The notes under the pieces were generated by a model that saw only the letters and a program-made list of their open reading frames with translations, had not been told where the DNA came from and searched no databases. DNA of 64,000 bases. Source: an uncultured Thermoplasmata archaeon. GTDB lineage: Archaea; Thermoplasmatota; Thermoplasmata; RBG-16-68-12. Numbering within the stretch: the first letter of the stretch is position 1; each line of letters opens with the position of its first letter. This document shows, one piece after another, positions 18,422 through 27,382 of the stretch. Where the stretch lies: assembly GCA_963768855.1 (NCBI GenBank), contig CAVYJM010000006.1:800001-864000 (forward strand), in the 5' to 3' direction. Position numbers and translations under genes: made by a program.

Positions 18422-19615
18422 GTGGTGGCGATGACCCCTCCGGACGGCTCGGAGGCGGGTTCGTTCGAGCAGGACGCACCCGCGCTGCTCGAAGAGATCG
18501 GCCGGATGCGGAGGAAGTTCGCTGACCTGCCCGGCGCGCTGAGCGGAGAGCTCGACCGGTTCCGGGACCGGATGGACAAGCTCATCCGAGAATCAGAGGT
18601 CGACAACTACCGTCAGATCCGCATCTTCCTCCGGGACGTGGACGCGCTCGCGGCGGACCTCCGGAAAGCCGCCGCCGAGAAGCGCCTCATTCCCCGGCAC
18701 GTGGCCATCCTGGACGCAAGCCTGCGCAAGGCGCGGAAGCGCGACTTCTACGGTGCGCGCAAGGTGTGGCACAAGCTCGACAAGATCGTCGAGCAGTCCT
18801 CCGGGCTGCGAGAACTCCAGGACGACTACCGCGATCGGTACCGGGCGGTGGAGGCCCGCATGCGAGACCTGCGCCGGCGTGTGGAGCATCTGGGGCGGGT
18901 GCCGAAGCCGCCCGCATCACCGAGAGAGAGTGACGGATTCGTCCGCGAGATCGAGTCGTTCAATCGGGCCGCGGAGGCGGCCTACCTCGACTTCCTCGCG
19001 CGGGCTCACGCAGATGTCTCGATTCCCTTGCTCCTCGACACCTGTCAGCACCGTGGGGTGGGGATCCCCGCTCCGCCGCAGGGTTCTGACCCGGACCCGC
19101 TGATCCGCCTGCTCTCCGGCGCTGGACCCGGCCACGACGAGGTTCGCGCCCGCTCCTTCTACGGGCTGCTCGAACTCCCCGGCTATTCCGACGCGAAGCT
19201 CACGCACCTCTACGGCGACTCCCGCCTCATCCGGACCGCGTTGGATGCCGCTTGGCCTTGGCTTAAGGCGGTGCGAGACGACGAGAAGCGGTCGCTCCTG
19301 ATCCTCTGGAGCGAGGACGCCCTCGGTCTGGAGCGGCGTGTGGCCGCTCTGGTCGATTTCCTCGAGCACCTGAACCCTTCGAACGACGCGCTCGATCGGG
19401 GCAAAGCGCTTCTAGAGGAGCTGACGAGCGGGAGGTTCTCCACGCTCCAGTCCGCATCGCGTCTGTACGCCACCCACGGCAAGGACGCCGAGGCAAAGTT
19501 CGACGGTCGGGCCGAGAAGGAGATCGAGACCGCGAGGCGGGAGATCGCCCGCCTCACCGCGGTCCTCAAGAAGTTCCCTGACCCTGCGAAGGTGGAAGCG
19601 GGAGACTTGGGCTGA
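18422..19615 (+). CDS. Hypothetical all-helical/coiled-coil protein
   Basis: 397-codon ORF with genome-typical codon usage; charged amphipathic helices; start could be ATG 18431. Confidence 0.7.
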   Translation: MVAMTPPDGSEAGSFEQDAPALLEEIGRMRRKFADLPGALSGELDRFRDRMDKLIRESEVDNYRQIRIFLRDVDALAADLRKAAAEKRLIPRHVAILDASLRKARKRDFYGARKVWHKLDKIVEQSSGLRELQDDYRDRYRAVEARMRDLRRRVEHLGRVPKPPASPRESDGFVREIESFNRAAEAAYLDFLARAHADVSIPLLLDTCQHRGVGIPAPPQGSDPDPLIRLLSGAGPGHDEVRARSFYGLLELPGYSDAKLTHLYGDSRLIRTALDAAWPWLKAVRDDEKRSLLILWSEDALGLERRVAALVDFLEHLNPSNDALDRGKALLEELTSGRFSTLQSASRLYATHGKDAEAKFDGRAEKEIETARREIARLTAVLKKFPDPAKVEAGDLG

Positions 19616-19616
19616 C

Positions 19617-19632
19617 GCGGGCGTTCGCCCGC
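19617..19632 (+). terminator. Short GC hairpin just after the stop
   Basis: gcgggc-gttc-gcccgc. Confidence 0.3.
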
Positions 19633-19900
19633 TGTCTGCGGTTCGCGCCACAAACTCGATTGCTGAGGTAGCGCCACGAAGAACGTAATTTCGACGGTGG
19701 CGAAGACCGCGATGAAGTCACGTGGTAGGGGGCACGTGCCGTCGAACCGTCTTGGGATATCACGCTGCATCGCGATGCATCTCGGCACGCTACTGACGTC
19801 AATCGAGACTCCGCCGAGCCGGTGGAGCGGGGCGCGGGCTCCGTGCGGGTCGTCTGCTCCTTACGATACGGTTAAGAGTCTCCTGCCCCGTCGTTCCCCC

Positions 19901-20665
19901 GTGCCTGTGTCCGATCCTGCCGGCGACTCCGAGGCGGTGGAGCTCCCGCGCGACCCGGCCCCCCGCATTTCGGTCATCATCCCTTCCTGGAACGAGGCGA
20001 GTACCCTTCCAGGGTTGCTCGAGACCCTGCGGCATCAGACCGTCTCGGATTTCGAGATCATCCTGGCAGATTCGGGAAGCACGGACGCGACCGCCGAGGT
20101 GGCCGCTTCGTTCGGAATACGGGTTTCCCCGGGCAGACGGATGGGTCCGGCGGAGGGCCGCAACCGCGGGGCGCGGTTGGCCCGTTCAGACATTCTCGTG
20201 TTCATGGATGCGGACTGCCTCGTGCCTCCCGTTCTGCTCGAGCAGGTCGTGAAGGCGCTTGGCGACCTCAAGGTAATCGGGGGCGCAACGCTCTTCCGAC
20301 CCCTGGAGGGCACGGCCCCCGAGCGGCTCCTCTTCTTCCTGGCGAACGCGTACCAGCGAGCCACGATCGCATGGGGCTGGCCGCACAACGCCGGTTTCTG
20401 CTTCTTCTTCCGTCGCAGTGCCTTCGATCAGCTCGGGGGGATGCGGGAAGACATGCTCCTTAACGAGACGCACGATGTCGCCCTGCGCTCGAGAGGCCTT
20501 GGCCGGTTCGTGAGCCTCCCTGTTGCGGTCGACACCTCCGTGCGCCGGTTCCGCAGGAACGGGTTCATGAAGACGGTCCTCCACGAGTACCTTGGGTCGA
20601 CGATTCTCTACTACTTGACGAAGCAGAGTCCTGCGACGGTCTTCCGGCCCGAGCCCGTTCGTTGA
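19901..20665 (+). CDS. Glycosyltransferase family 2
   Basis: ISVIIPSWNE, ADSGSTD, FMDAD, TSVRRF; start uncertain (GTG 19901, 19907 or 19937). Confidence 0.85.
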   Translation: MPVSDPAGDSEAVELPRDPAPRISVIIPSWNEASTLPGLLETLRHQTVSDFEIILADSGSTDATAEVAASFGIRVSPGRRMGPAEGRNRGARLARSDILVFMDADCLVPPVLLEQVVKALGDLKVIGGATLFRPLEGTAPERLLFFLANAYQRATIAWGWPHNAGFCFFFRRSAFDQLGGMREDMLLNETHDVALRSRGLGRFVSLPVAVDTSVRRFRRNGFMKTVLHEYLGSTILYYLTKQSPATVFRPEPVR

Positions 20666-20741
20666 ACGCCTGCGGGCGTCCGTGGATGCCGGGGCCACCG
20701 CCATCCTCATAGCCCATTTGCGCCTCCCTCGCGCGGGGGCC

Positions 20742-21608
20742 ATGGGGACCTACGATTGGTTCGGACTCTCCCTCGCCACGGTCGTCATCTGGGGATTCGG
20801 GACCCTCGTCTCGAAACCGGCGACGATGCGGCTCGGCACGCGCAAGATGCTCGCGTTCGTCGGATTCGCGGAGGGCTCAGCCTACTTCGTCCTCTTCCTG
20901 CTGGTCCGGACGCCTCTCGGTCCGACGTCCGGGGACGCGCTCCTTGCGGCGTTCCTGGCCTCCCTCACGGGCACTTTGGGTTACATCTTCTACTACGAAG
21001 GGATCCTGATCGGCACCGTCGGCCTGATGGGGACGGTGACCGCGGCTTACCCGGCGCCGACGATTCTCCTTTCGATCTGGCTCCTGGGGGATTCCATCAG
21101 CGCGCTCCAGGCCGCCGGGATTGCCTTGGTCCTGCTCTGCGTGCTCGTCCTGAGCCGTCCGCCGGAAACCGGTCGCTCCGGAGGCCGCGCCGCCGTGTTC
21201 TTCGCCCTGCTCGCCTTCGTCTCCTGGGGACTGTGGGGCTACTTCGCGAAAGTGGCCGTCGACGGCGTCGGGGAGGGGAACCTCTTCGGATTCTATGCCC
21301 TGTCTAATCTCCTGGTCATCGGATTGTTCCTCGGGCTGACTCGGAAGCGCCCCCTCGAGGCGCCCCACGCCGGGCGTGGGCGCGGCATCACCCTCGGGAT
21401 CGTGGATGTGGTCCTCGGAGCCAGCGGAGTGATCGTCCTGACCTATGCCTACGGATTGGCCCCCGCCTCGCTTGTGTCAGCCGTGACGGGGTCCTACCCG
21501 CTGGTCTCCATGCTCGCCGCACATTTCCTCCTCAAGGAGCGGTTCGGTTGGAAGGATGCCGTCGCGCTTGCCCTGTTCATCCCGGGAATAGTTCTCATCG
21601 CCTTCTGA
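20742..21608 (+). CDS. EamA/DMT family transporter
   Basis: About 10 TM in two repeats; WGFG..SKP, AAYP and WGLWGYFAK, SYP. Confidence 0.85.
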   Translation: MGTYDWFGLSLATVVIWGFGTLVSKPATMRLGTRKMLAFVGFAEGSAYFVLFLLVRTPLGPTSGDALLAAFLASLTGTLGYIFYYEGILIGTVGLMGTVTAAYPAPTILLSIWLLGDSISALQAAGIALVLLCVLVLSRPPETGRSGGRAAVFFALLAFVSWGLWGYFAKVAVDGVGEGNLFGFYALSNLLVIGLFLGLTRKRPLEAPHAGRGRGITLGIVDVVLGASGVIVLTYAYGLAPASLVSAVTGSYPLVSMLAAHFLLKERFGWKDAVALALFIPGIVLIAF

Positions 21609-21820
21609 CGCGGGACAGTTCGGGAGTCCGAAACCGAGGAATCCTCGGTTCCGTTCGTCGGCCTGTCCGTGTCGGCGCCCCTCGACGCGAAGGCCGTCGA
21701 GACGGACACCCCTCCGAGCTGTGGTCCGGTCTCGGAACCGATCGCGCGGAACGCGGGTCCATGCAGTAATTACCCACACTTCTAAGAGGGCAGGGAGGCT
21801 TTCGCGCCAGCGGTGAGCGG

Positions 21821-22444
21821 ATGAATTGCCCGAGTTGCGGCGTGGAAAATGGCAGTGAGGCCCGGTTCTGCAAGTCCTGCGCCACCCCCCTTCCGGAGGC
21901 TGCTCCCAGCCCACCCACCGTTCCGGCCATGGCTGCACCCCCTGTGCCGCCGCCCCCTCCGGCGCGGCATCGCCAGCCTCATGAAGAGTTCGTCGGGCTT
22001 CTCGGGTTCGCGTTCTTCCTGATCGCCCTCGCGGTCGTCTTCGGCCTGAACCCGAACCTGATCTCGGACCTGCGCGCCTGGTCCCAGTTGGCCTCCGACA
22101 ACCACACGATCTTCGTCCGGCCCCCCGATGCGGTCATCACGAGCGCCGCGTGGTTCTTCGGACTCATGGGGGTGCTCGAGTTCGTGGCCGCGGCGATCCG
22201 ATGGGCGCTGGGCTGGACGCCGCTCCGCTCGGCGGCGCGCGCCCTCTCGGGCGTCGCGGACCTGATGTTCTCCGCCCTGCTCTTCCTGTACGTGGCCCGC
22301 TCGCTCTCCGGCACGTTCCTCGTGAGCGTCCTCGTGGGCGTCTTCGCGATCCTCCTGATCATCTACGTCACGCTGGGCGTCTACTGGTCGACGCCGCGGG
22401 CTGGCCCCCGCCACGAGTTCGGGCAGCCTCGGATCCAGGGCTAG
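21821..22444 (+). CDS. Zinc-ribbon membrane protein
   Basis: CPSCG..N...ARFCKSCA, Pro-rich linker, four TM segments. Confidence 0.75.
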   Translation: MNCPSCGVENGSEARFCKSCATPLPEAAPSPPTVPAMAAPPVPPPPPARHRQPHEEFVGLLGFAFFLIALAVVFGLNPNLISDLRAWSQLASDNHTIFVRPPDAVITSAAWFFGLMGVLEFVAAAIRWALGWTPLRSAARALSGVADLMFSALLFLYVARSLSGTFLVSVLVGVFAILLIIYVTLGVYWSTPRAGPRHEFGQPRIQG

Positions 22445-22495
22445 ACCGAGCGAACCCTTATCCCGCGCACGGGCGTTTCGGGTCCGGGGATCACG

Positions 22496-22801
22496 ATGCA
22501 GCAGACACCACCTCCTCAGGGACCGCCATGGGGCGGCCCACCTCCGACCGGACCTCCCTGGGGAATGCCGGGATGGGCGCGCCGCGGGATGCGTTGGCGG
22601 ACGAGTCTCACGATTCTACTCGGGACGGGATGGCTCGTCTTCATCCTGTTGTACGCCGCGTTCTGGTCCGGGGGATTCAGCCTATTCCAGAACCTCGTGA
22701 TCTTCTTCGCCTCCATCATCGTCGTGATGGGCGGCCTGGCCGCGATCTGGGCTTCGTGGGGGATGCGGTTCGCTGGCGGCAATTGGGAGCACTGGCGGTA
22801 G
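22496..22801 (+). CDS. Small two-TM membrane protein with Pro/Gly/Trp-rich N-terminus
   Basis: GPPWG repeated twice, then two TM helices. Confidence 0.65.
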   Translation: MQQTPPPQGPPWGGPPPTGPPWGMPGWARRGMRWRTSLTILLGTGWLVFILLYAAFWSGGFSLFQNLVIFFASIIVVMGGLAAIWASWGMRFAGGNWEHWR

Positions 22802-22854
22802 CCGGCCGACGCCATCCTCATGTGCCCGAGCGCCATCGGGTCCCGAGGAGTCCC

Positions 22855-23952
22855 ATGGCCACCGTGGAGAAGCTCGCGCGATCCATCGTCCGTGAAAGTC
22901 TGAGGCCCAGAGAGTACGAGCCCGTTATCATCAGCACCTTCCCGCACACGCTGGACCTCGCGGAGCACGTCGACCTCGAATGCCAGAAGGTCGGGGCGGA
23001 TCCGTTCATCGTCGTCGACACGGACCGGGTCTTCTACGGCCAGTTCAAGAACTACTCCGACGAGAACCTGAAGAAGGTCTCCGCGCACTGCATCGGGATC
23101 GCGGAGTACGCACGTTCGTATGTCTGGCTCGGCGGCCCGAGGGACCCCGGTCCCATGGCCCGGGTGCCGCGTGCGAAGTTCGCGGCGATGTTCGAGGGGG
23201 AGCAAGCTCACTACGACAAGAACCGGGTCACGAAACCCAAGAACGTCGTCGTGGCGGTGGGCATGGTCACGCGGGAACGGTCCCGGGTGTACGGCTTGAA
23301 CTTCCCGAAGTGGAAGGGCATGGTCGAGGACGCCATCGCGGTGAACTATGCGAGGCTCCAGGACGCGGGGACGCGCGCGGCGGCCCGCCTGGCCCGGCCG
23401 ACGGATGTGCGGATCACGGCGGAAAACGGGACGGACCTCCGCTTCCGGCTTGCCGGCGAAGCGCGGAAGCCGGACGTCGACGACGGGGTGATCAGCGACG
23501 AGGACATCGCCTCGGACAACACGGACGCCAGCCTTCCCGCGGGAGCCGTCTGGGTCGCGCCCGTGGAGGCGAGCGCCCAGGGCACCTTCGTGTGCGACGT
23601 CGGCGTGCCCCAGGTCGGCCGCGTGATCGAAGGCCTCTCCTGGACCTTCAAGGATGGCCACGCGATCGAGTTCACCGCAAAGCGGAACCTGGTGGCGGCC
23701 CAGACGAACTGGGAGGGGGCGACCGGAGACCGGGACATGTTCGGCGCGTTCGGCCTCGGGCTGAACCCTCGCGCGAAGCCGGGCTTCCTGCAGAACGCGG
23801 TCGTCGCAGGGGCCGCCACGATCGGCATCGGGGAGAACCGGGACGCCGGAGGGACGAACGCGTCGTCCTACGGGTTCGCGGGGACCCTCGTCTCAGGGAC
23901 CGTCGAGATCGGCGGCACGACCGTCATCGACCGCGGGAAGTGGGTCGCGTAG
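22855..23952 (+). CDS. Peptidase M29 (aminopeptidase T)-fold protein lacking metal ligands
   Basis: Fold motifs VRITAENGTDL, LPAGAVWVAP, FGLGLNP, IGIGEN..GGTN; ligand positions substituted. Confidence 0.75.
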   Translation: MATVEKLARSIVRESLRPREYEPVIISTFPHTLDLAEHVDLECQKVGADPFIVVDTDRVFYGQFKNYSDENLKKVSAHCIGIAEYARSYVWLGGPRDPGPMARVPRAKFAAMFEGEQAHYDKNRVTKPKNVVVAVGMVTRERSRVYGLNFPKWKGMVEDAIAVNYARLQDAGTRAAARLARPTDVRITAENGTDLRFRLAGEARKPDVDDGVISDEDIASDNTDASLPAGAVWVAPVEASAQGTFVCDVGVPQVGRVIEGLSWTFKDGHAIEFTAKRNLVAAQTNWEGATGDRDMFGAFGLGLNPRAKPGFLQNAVVAGAATIGIGENRDAGGTNASSYGFAGTLVSGTVEIGGTTVIDRGKWVA

Positions 23953-23969
23953 GCCGGGGTCCGCCCGAC

Positions 23970-24380
23970 TCAGCTGGCCGCCGGGCGGAACTTGTAGCCG
24001 TAGTGGATCACGCCGGCGTCGCCTTCCTGGCCGAGCTTGCGGAAGGTGGCTTGGACCCGCATCCCGATTTTGACGTCCTCGGGCTTGACGTCGATGAGCT
24101 GGCTCGTGAGCCGGACGCCTTCCTCCATCTCGATGATCGCCATCACGTAGGGCTTCTGCATGTCAAACTGGGACGGCGCGTCGTAGATCGTGGTGTACGT
24201 GACGACGGTCCCCTTCCCGCCGAGCTTGTAGGTCTGCATCTTCCCCACGGACTTGCGGCCGCAGTCCGGGCATACGGACCTCGGGGGGAAGTCGACCTTG
24301 CCGCAGTTCCCGCACTTCGTGCCGACCAGGTTGTAGCGGCTCTGGATCTCCCGCCAGAACCGGGGGATGGCCGTGCCCAT
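23970..24380 (-). CDS. DUF35 Zn-ribbon/OB-fold scaffold protein
   Basis: CGNCG..FPPRSVCPDC, GTVVTYT, YGYKF; last gene of the HMGS-thiolase cluster. Confidence 0.9.
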   Translation of the reverse strand: MGTAIPRFWREIQSRYNLVGTKCGNCGKVDFPPRSVCPDCGRKSVGKMQTYKLGGKGTVVTYTTIYDAPSQFDMQKPYVMAIIEMEEGVRLTSQLIDVKPEDVKIGMRVQATFRKLGQEGDAGVIHYGYKFRPAAS

Positions 24381-24381
24381 C

Positions 24382-25551
24382 TCAGTCCCCCCGCTCGAAG
24401 AGATGCACGACGGCCGTGGCGCCGGTGCCTCCGAGGGTGTGCGTGAGACCGTGCATCGCGCCGACGACCTGCCTCTTGCCGGCCTCCCCGCGGAGCTGCT
24501 TCACGATCTCGACCGCCTGGGCGACGCCCGTGGCGCCGACCGGCTGGCCTCGGGCCTTCAGCCCGCCCGAGGTGTTCACGGAGATCTGGCCGTTCAGCGC
24601 GGTCACCCCGTCGACCGTGGCGGGGCCGCCCTTGCCCTTCTCCACGAACCGCAGGTCCTCGATCGCGAGGATCTCGGTGATCGTGAAATTGTCGTGGACC
24701 TCGGCGACCTGGATGTCCTTGGGCTCGAGCTTCGCCTGCTGGAAGGCACGCTTCCCCGCGACGACCGTTGCGTCCATCGTGAGGAGGTCCCTGCGGTCAT
24801 GGAGGGCGAGGAAGTCGCTCGCCTGTCCGGAGCCGCGCAGGAGAATCGGGGTGTCCGTGAACTTCCGTGCCCGGTCCGCGGAGCACAGGACGACGGCCGC
24901 GGCCCCGTCGGACAGGGGCGCGCAATCGAACAGTCCGAGGGGGTCCGCGACGAGCGGGGCGTTCAGGACCGTCTCGAGGGTGATCTCCTTCTGGAACTGG
25001 GCCTCGGGGTTGAGGGAGCCGTTCTTGTGGTTCTTCACCGCGACGGCGGCGAGCTGCTCGCGCTTCGTGCCGTACTCGTACATGTGGCGTCGTGCCATCA
25101 TCGCATAGAGCCCGGCGAAGGTCGCCCCGAAGACGCTCTCCCACTCCTGGTCTGCGGTGCTCGAGAGGATCTCCGCGGCCTGAACATCCCCGACGTCGGT
25201 CATCTTCTCCGCGCCGCCGACCACGACGATGTCGTACATCCCGGAGGCGATCGCGAGGCGTGCCTGCATCAGGGCGATTGCGCCGCAGGCGCCGCCCCCT
25301 TCGACCCGCACGGTCGGGAGGTGGTGCTTCGCCAGGCCCGAGTAGTCCGCGACGAGAGCCGACACATGCTCCTGATCGATGAACTTCCCCGCGGACATGT
25401 TGCCGATGTAGATTGCGTCGATGTCCTCGGACGCGATCTTCGCGTCTTGGATGGCCTTGAGCCCCGCCTCGATTCCGAGGTCGCGGAAGGATCGGTCCCA
25501 GAGCTCCCCGAACTCGGTCTCCCCCACGCCGATGACGGCCACATCGCGCAC
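24382..25551 (-). CDS. Archaeal acetoacetyl-CoA thiolase homologue with altered catalytic motifs
   Basis: [44 protein letters not shown] 25551 has a GGGAGG SD; 25557 is an alternative start. Confidence 0.85.
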   Translation of the reverse strand: MRDVAVIGVGETEFGELWDRSFRDLGIEAGLKAIQDAKIASEDIDAIYIGNMSAGKFIDQEHVSALVADYSGLAKHHLPTVRVEGGGACGAIALMQARLAIASGMYDIVVVGGAEKMTDVGDVQAAEILSSTADQEWESVFGATFAGLYAMMARRHMYEYGTKREQLAAVAVKNHKNGSLNPEAQFQKEITLETVLNAPLVADPLGLFDCAPLSDGAAAVVLCSADRARKFTDTPILLRGSGQASDFLALHDRRDLLTMDATVVAGKRAFQQAKLEPKDIQVAEVHDNFTITEILAIEDLRFVEKGKGGPATVDGVTALNGQISVNTSGGLKARGQPVGATGVAQAVEIVKQLRGEAGKRQVVGAMHGLTHTLGGTGATAVVHLFERGD

Positions 25552-25553
25552 GT

Positions 25554-26606
25554 TCACTCCTCCCGGAGCAGGATCTTGCCGCGGTACTTCGCGTAGGTCG
25601 CGTAGTCCACGAACGCATGGTCCTCGATCATCTGTTTCACCGTCGGAGTCGCGTTCCGGCGGATCTTCGTGATCTGGTCGGTCACCGTGAGGTCGAAGCC
25701 GTCCGAGCCCGCGCCGGAGCCGTAGCCCACGGCGAAGATCCGGTCGCCCGGGTCCGCCTCGTCCAGGATGGCGCTCAGGCCGACGAGGATCGCTCCGCTG
25801 TACGTGTTGCCGATGTCCCGGACGCAGAGGCCCGCGTCGATCTGGGCGTCCTTGAACCCGAGCTGCTTCGCGGCCCGCACGGGGAACTTCCCGTTGGGCT
25901 GGTGGAAGACGGCGTAGTCGTAGTCCTGGGGCTGGCTCCCCACCTGCTTGAACAGGAGCTGGGCGCAGTTGATCACGTGCTTGAAGTACGCGGGCTCTCC
26001 CGTGAACCGTCCGCCGTGGCTCGGATACCGCTGTCCCTCGCGACGCCAGAAGTCCGGCGTGTCCGTGGTGTAGGAGACCGTGTGGCTGATGTCCGCGATC
26101 GTGTGGTCGGTCCCGATGAGCAGGGCCGCCCCGCCGGCCGAGGCGCTGTACTCGAGCGCGTCCCCCGGGGCTCCCTGGCTCGTGTCCGTGCCGACCGCCA
26201 TCCCGTACTTCATCATCTTGGAGAGCGTGAGGCCCATCGTGGTCTGGACCGCCGCGGTGCCCGCCTTGCAGGCGAACTCGAAGTCCGCCGCGGTCAGGAT
26301 GGGGGTCGAGCCGATGGCCTCCGCGACGATCGTCGCGGTCGGCTTCACGGCATACGGGTGGGACTCGCTCCCGACGTAGATCGCGCCGATGTCCGTGGGG
26401 TTGATGTCCACCTTGGCCATGCACGCCCGCGCGGCCTCGACGCTGATGGTGATCACGTCCTCGTCCGGGCCCGGGACGCTCTTCGCCTTGATGTTCAGGG
26501 ACCGGCCCATGGCCTCGCCGTCGTTGCCCCAGACCGCTCCGATGACCTTCGGCGTGATCCGGTATCTCGGAATGTAGGCTCCGTAGCTCACGATTCCTGC
26601 TTTCAT
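25554..26606 (-). CDS. mvaS: Archaeal HMG-CoA synthase
   Basis: [50 protein letters not shown]; catalytic Glu, Cys and His present. Confidence 0.92.
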   Translation of the reverse strand: MKAGIVSYGAYIPRYRITPKVIGAVWGNDGEAMGRSLNIKAKSVPGPDEDVITISVEAARACMAKVDINPTDIGAIYVGSESHPYAVKPTATIVAEAIGSTPILTAADFEFACKAGTAAVQTTMGLTLSKMMKYGMAVGTDTSQGAPGDALEYSASAGGAALLIGTDHTIADISHTVSYTTDTPDFWRREGQRYPSHGGRFTGEPAYFKHVINCAQLLFKQVGSQPQDYDYAVFHQPNGKFPVRAAKQLGFKDAQIDAGLCVRDIGNTYSGAILVGLSAILDEADPGDRIFAVGYGSGAGSDGFDLTVTDQITKIRRNATPTVKQMIEDHAFVDYATYAKYRGKILLREE

Positions 26607-27280
26607 CCCAATCGCTCCAGTCGTTCGACCAAGTCCTTCGGTTCCAGTTCCGTGCGCGCCAGGAGGATGTTGTCCATCTCCGCGAGCTTGACGGCCAGCT
26701 CGTCGATGTTCTCCGGTTGGATGTACACCACCATGGCCGGCTTGAGCGGGTGCGCCTTCACGGCGATCATGGGCGAGCGCCCGTACTTCACGCCGGTGAA
26801 GAGCAGGGCCCGCTCCGACGTGGTGCCGTAGATCTTGAGATAGTCGTTCGCGTCGAACGTCGTGATGGCCTTGATGGAATCGATGACCGTGTACCCGTTC
26901 ACGAGGCGCCGCGTGTTCATGCCGCTCGTCAGCAGCTTGCCCTCGATCTTGCGAAGGAAGTCCGCGGCCCGCATCCCGACGGGCCAGTCCCGCATGGACG
27001 GGATGACGTCGTTGTACTCTTCGAACCGCCTCGACAGCCGCCGTCCGGACCGCTGGTCGACCTCCAGGAAGGCGTCCACGAGCCGGTGGACCGTCTTGAT
27101 CCCGGGCGAGGTCCGTCGGCCCGCCTCGTAGTCGCTGATCACGCTCGGCGAGACGTGCATGTGGCGGGCGAGTTCGGTCTGGGAGATGTGGAGCTCCTCC
27201 CGCCACTTCCGCATCGTGCGGCCGGGGGACTCGGAGAGGACGATCTCACCCGCGATCTTCTCTCGGAGCGGGAGCTCCAT
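26603..27280 (-). CDS. XRE-type HTH protein typically encoded upstream of archaeal HMGS
   Basis: [47 protein letters not shown]; ATGA overlap with HMGS. Confidence 0.85.
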   Translation of the reverse strand: MELPLREKIAGEIVLSESPGRTMRKWREELHISQTELARHMHVSPSVISDYEAGRRTSPGIKTVHRLVDAFLEVDQRSGRRLSRRFEEYNDVIPSMRDWPVGMRAADFLRKIEGKLLTSGMNTRRLVNGYTVIDSIKAITTFDANDYLKIYGTTSERALLFTGVKYGRSPMIAVKAHPLKPAMVVYIQPENIDELAVKLAEMDNILLARTELEPKDLVERLERLG

Positions 27281-27304
27281 GGGGCGGTCCGAGACCCCGA
27301 GACG

Positions 27305-27312
27305 TATATAAG
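27305..27312 (-). promoter_or_regulatory. Archaeal TATA box for the HTH-HMGS-thiolase-DUF35 operon
   Basis: cttatata on the minus strand about 25 nt upstream of ATG 27280. Confidence 0.65.
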
Positions 27313-27382
27313 CGTGTCGAAGATGTCATCGGCGCCCGACGAAACGACGGGGTCGGTGCGCCCTCCGTCTCCGGGGCCACGC

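Noticed and set aside
21609-21745. 5S rRNA, SRP RNA or known riboswitch
   Set aside because: Lacks the 5S CCGAAC loop context, the SRP helix-8 motif and recognisable riboswitch consensus on either strand
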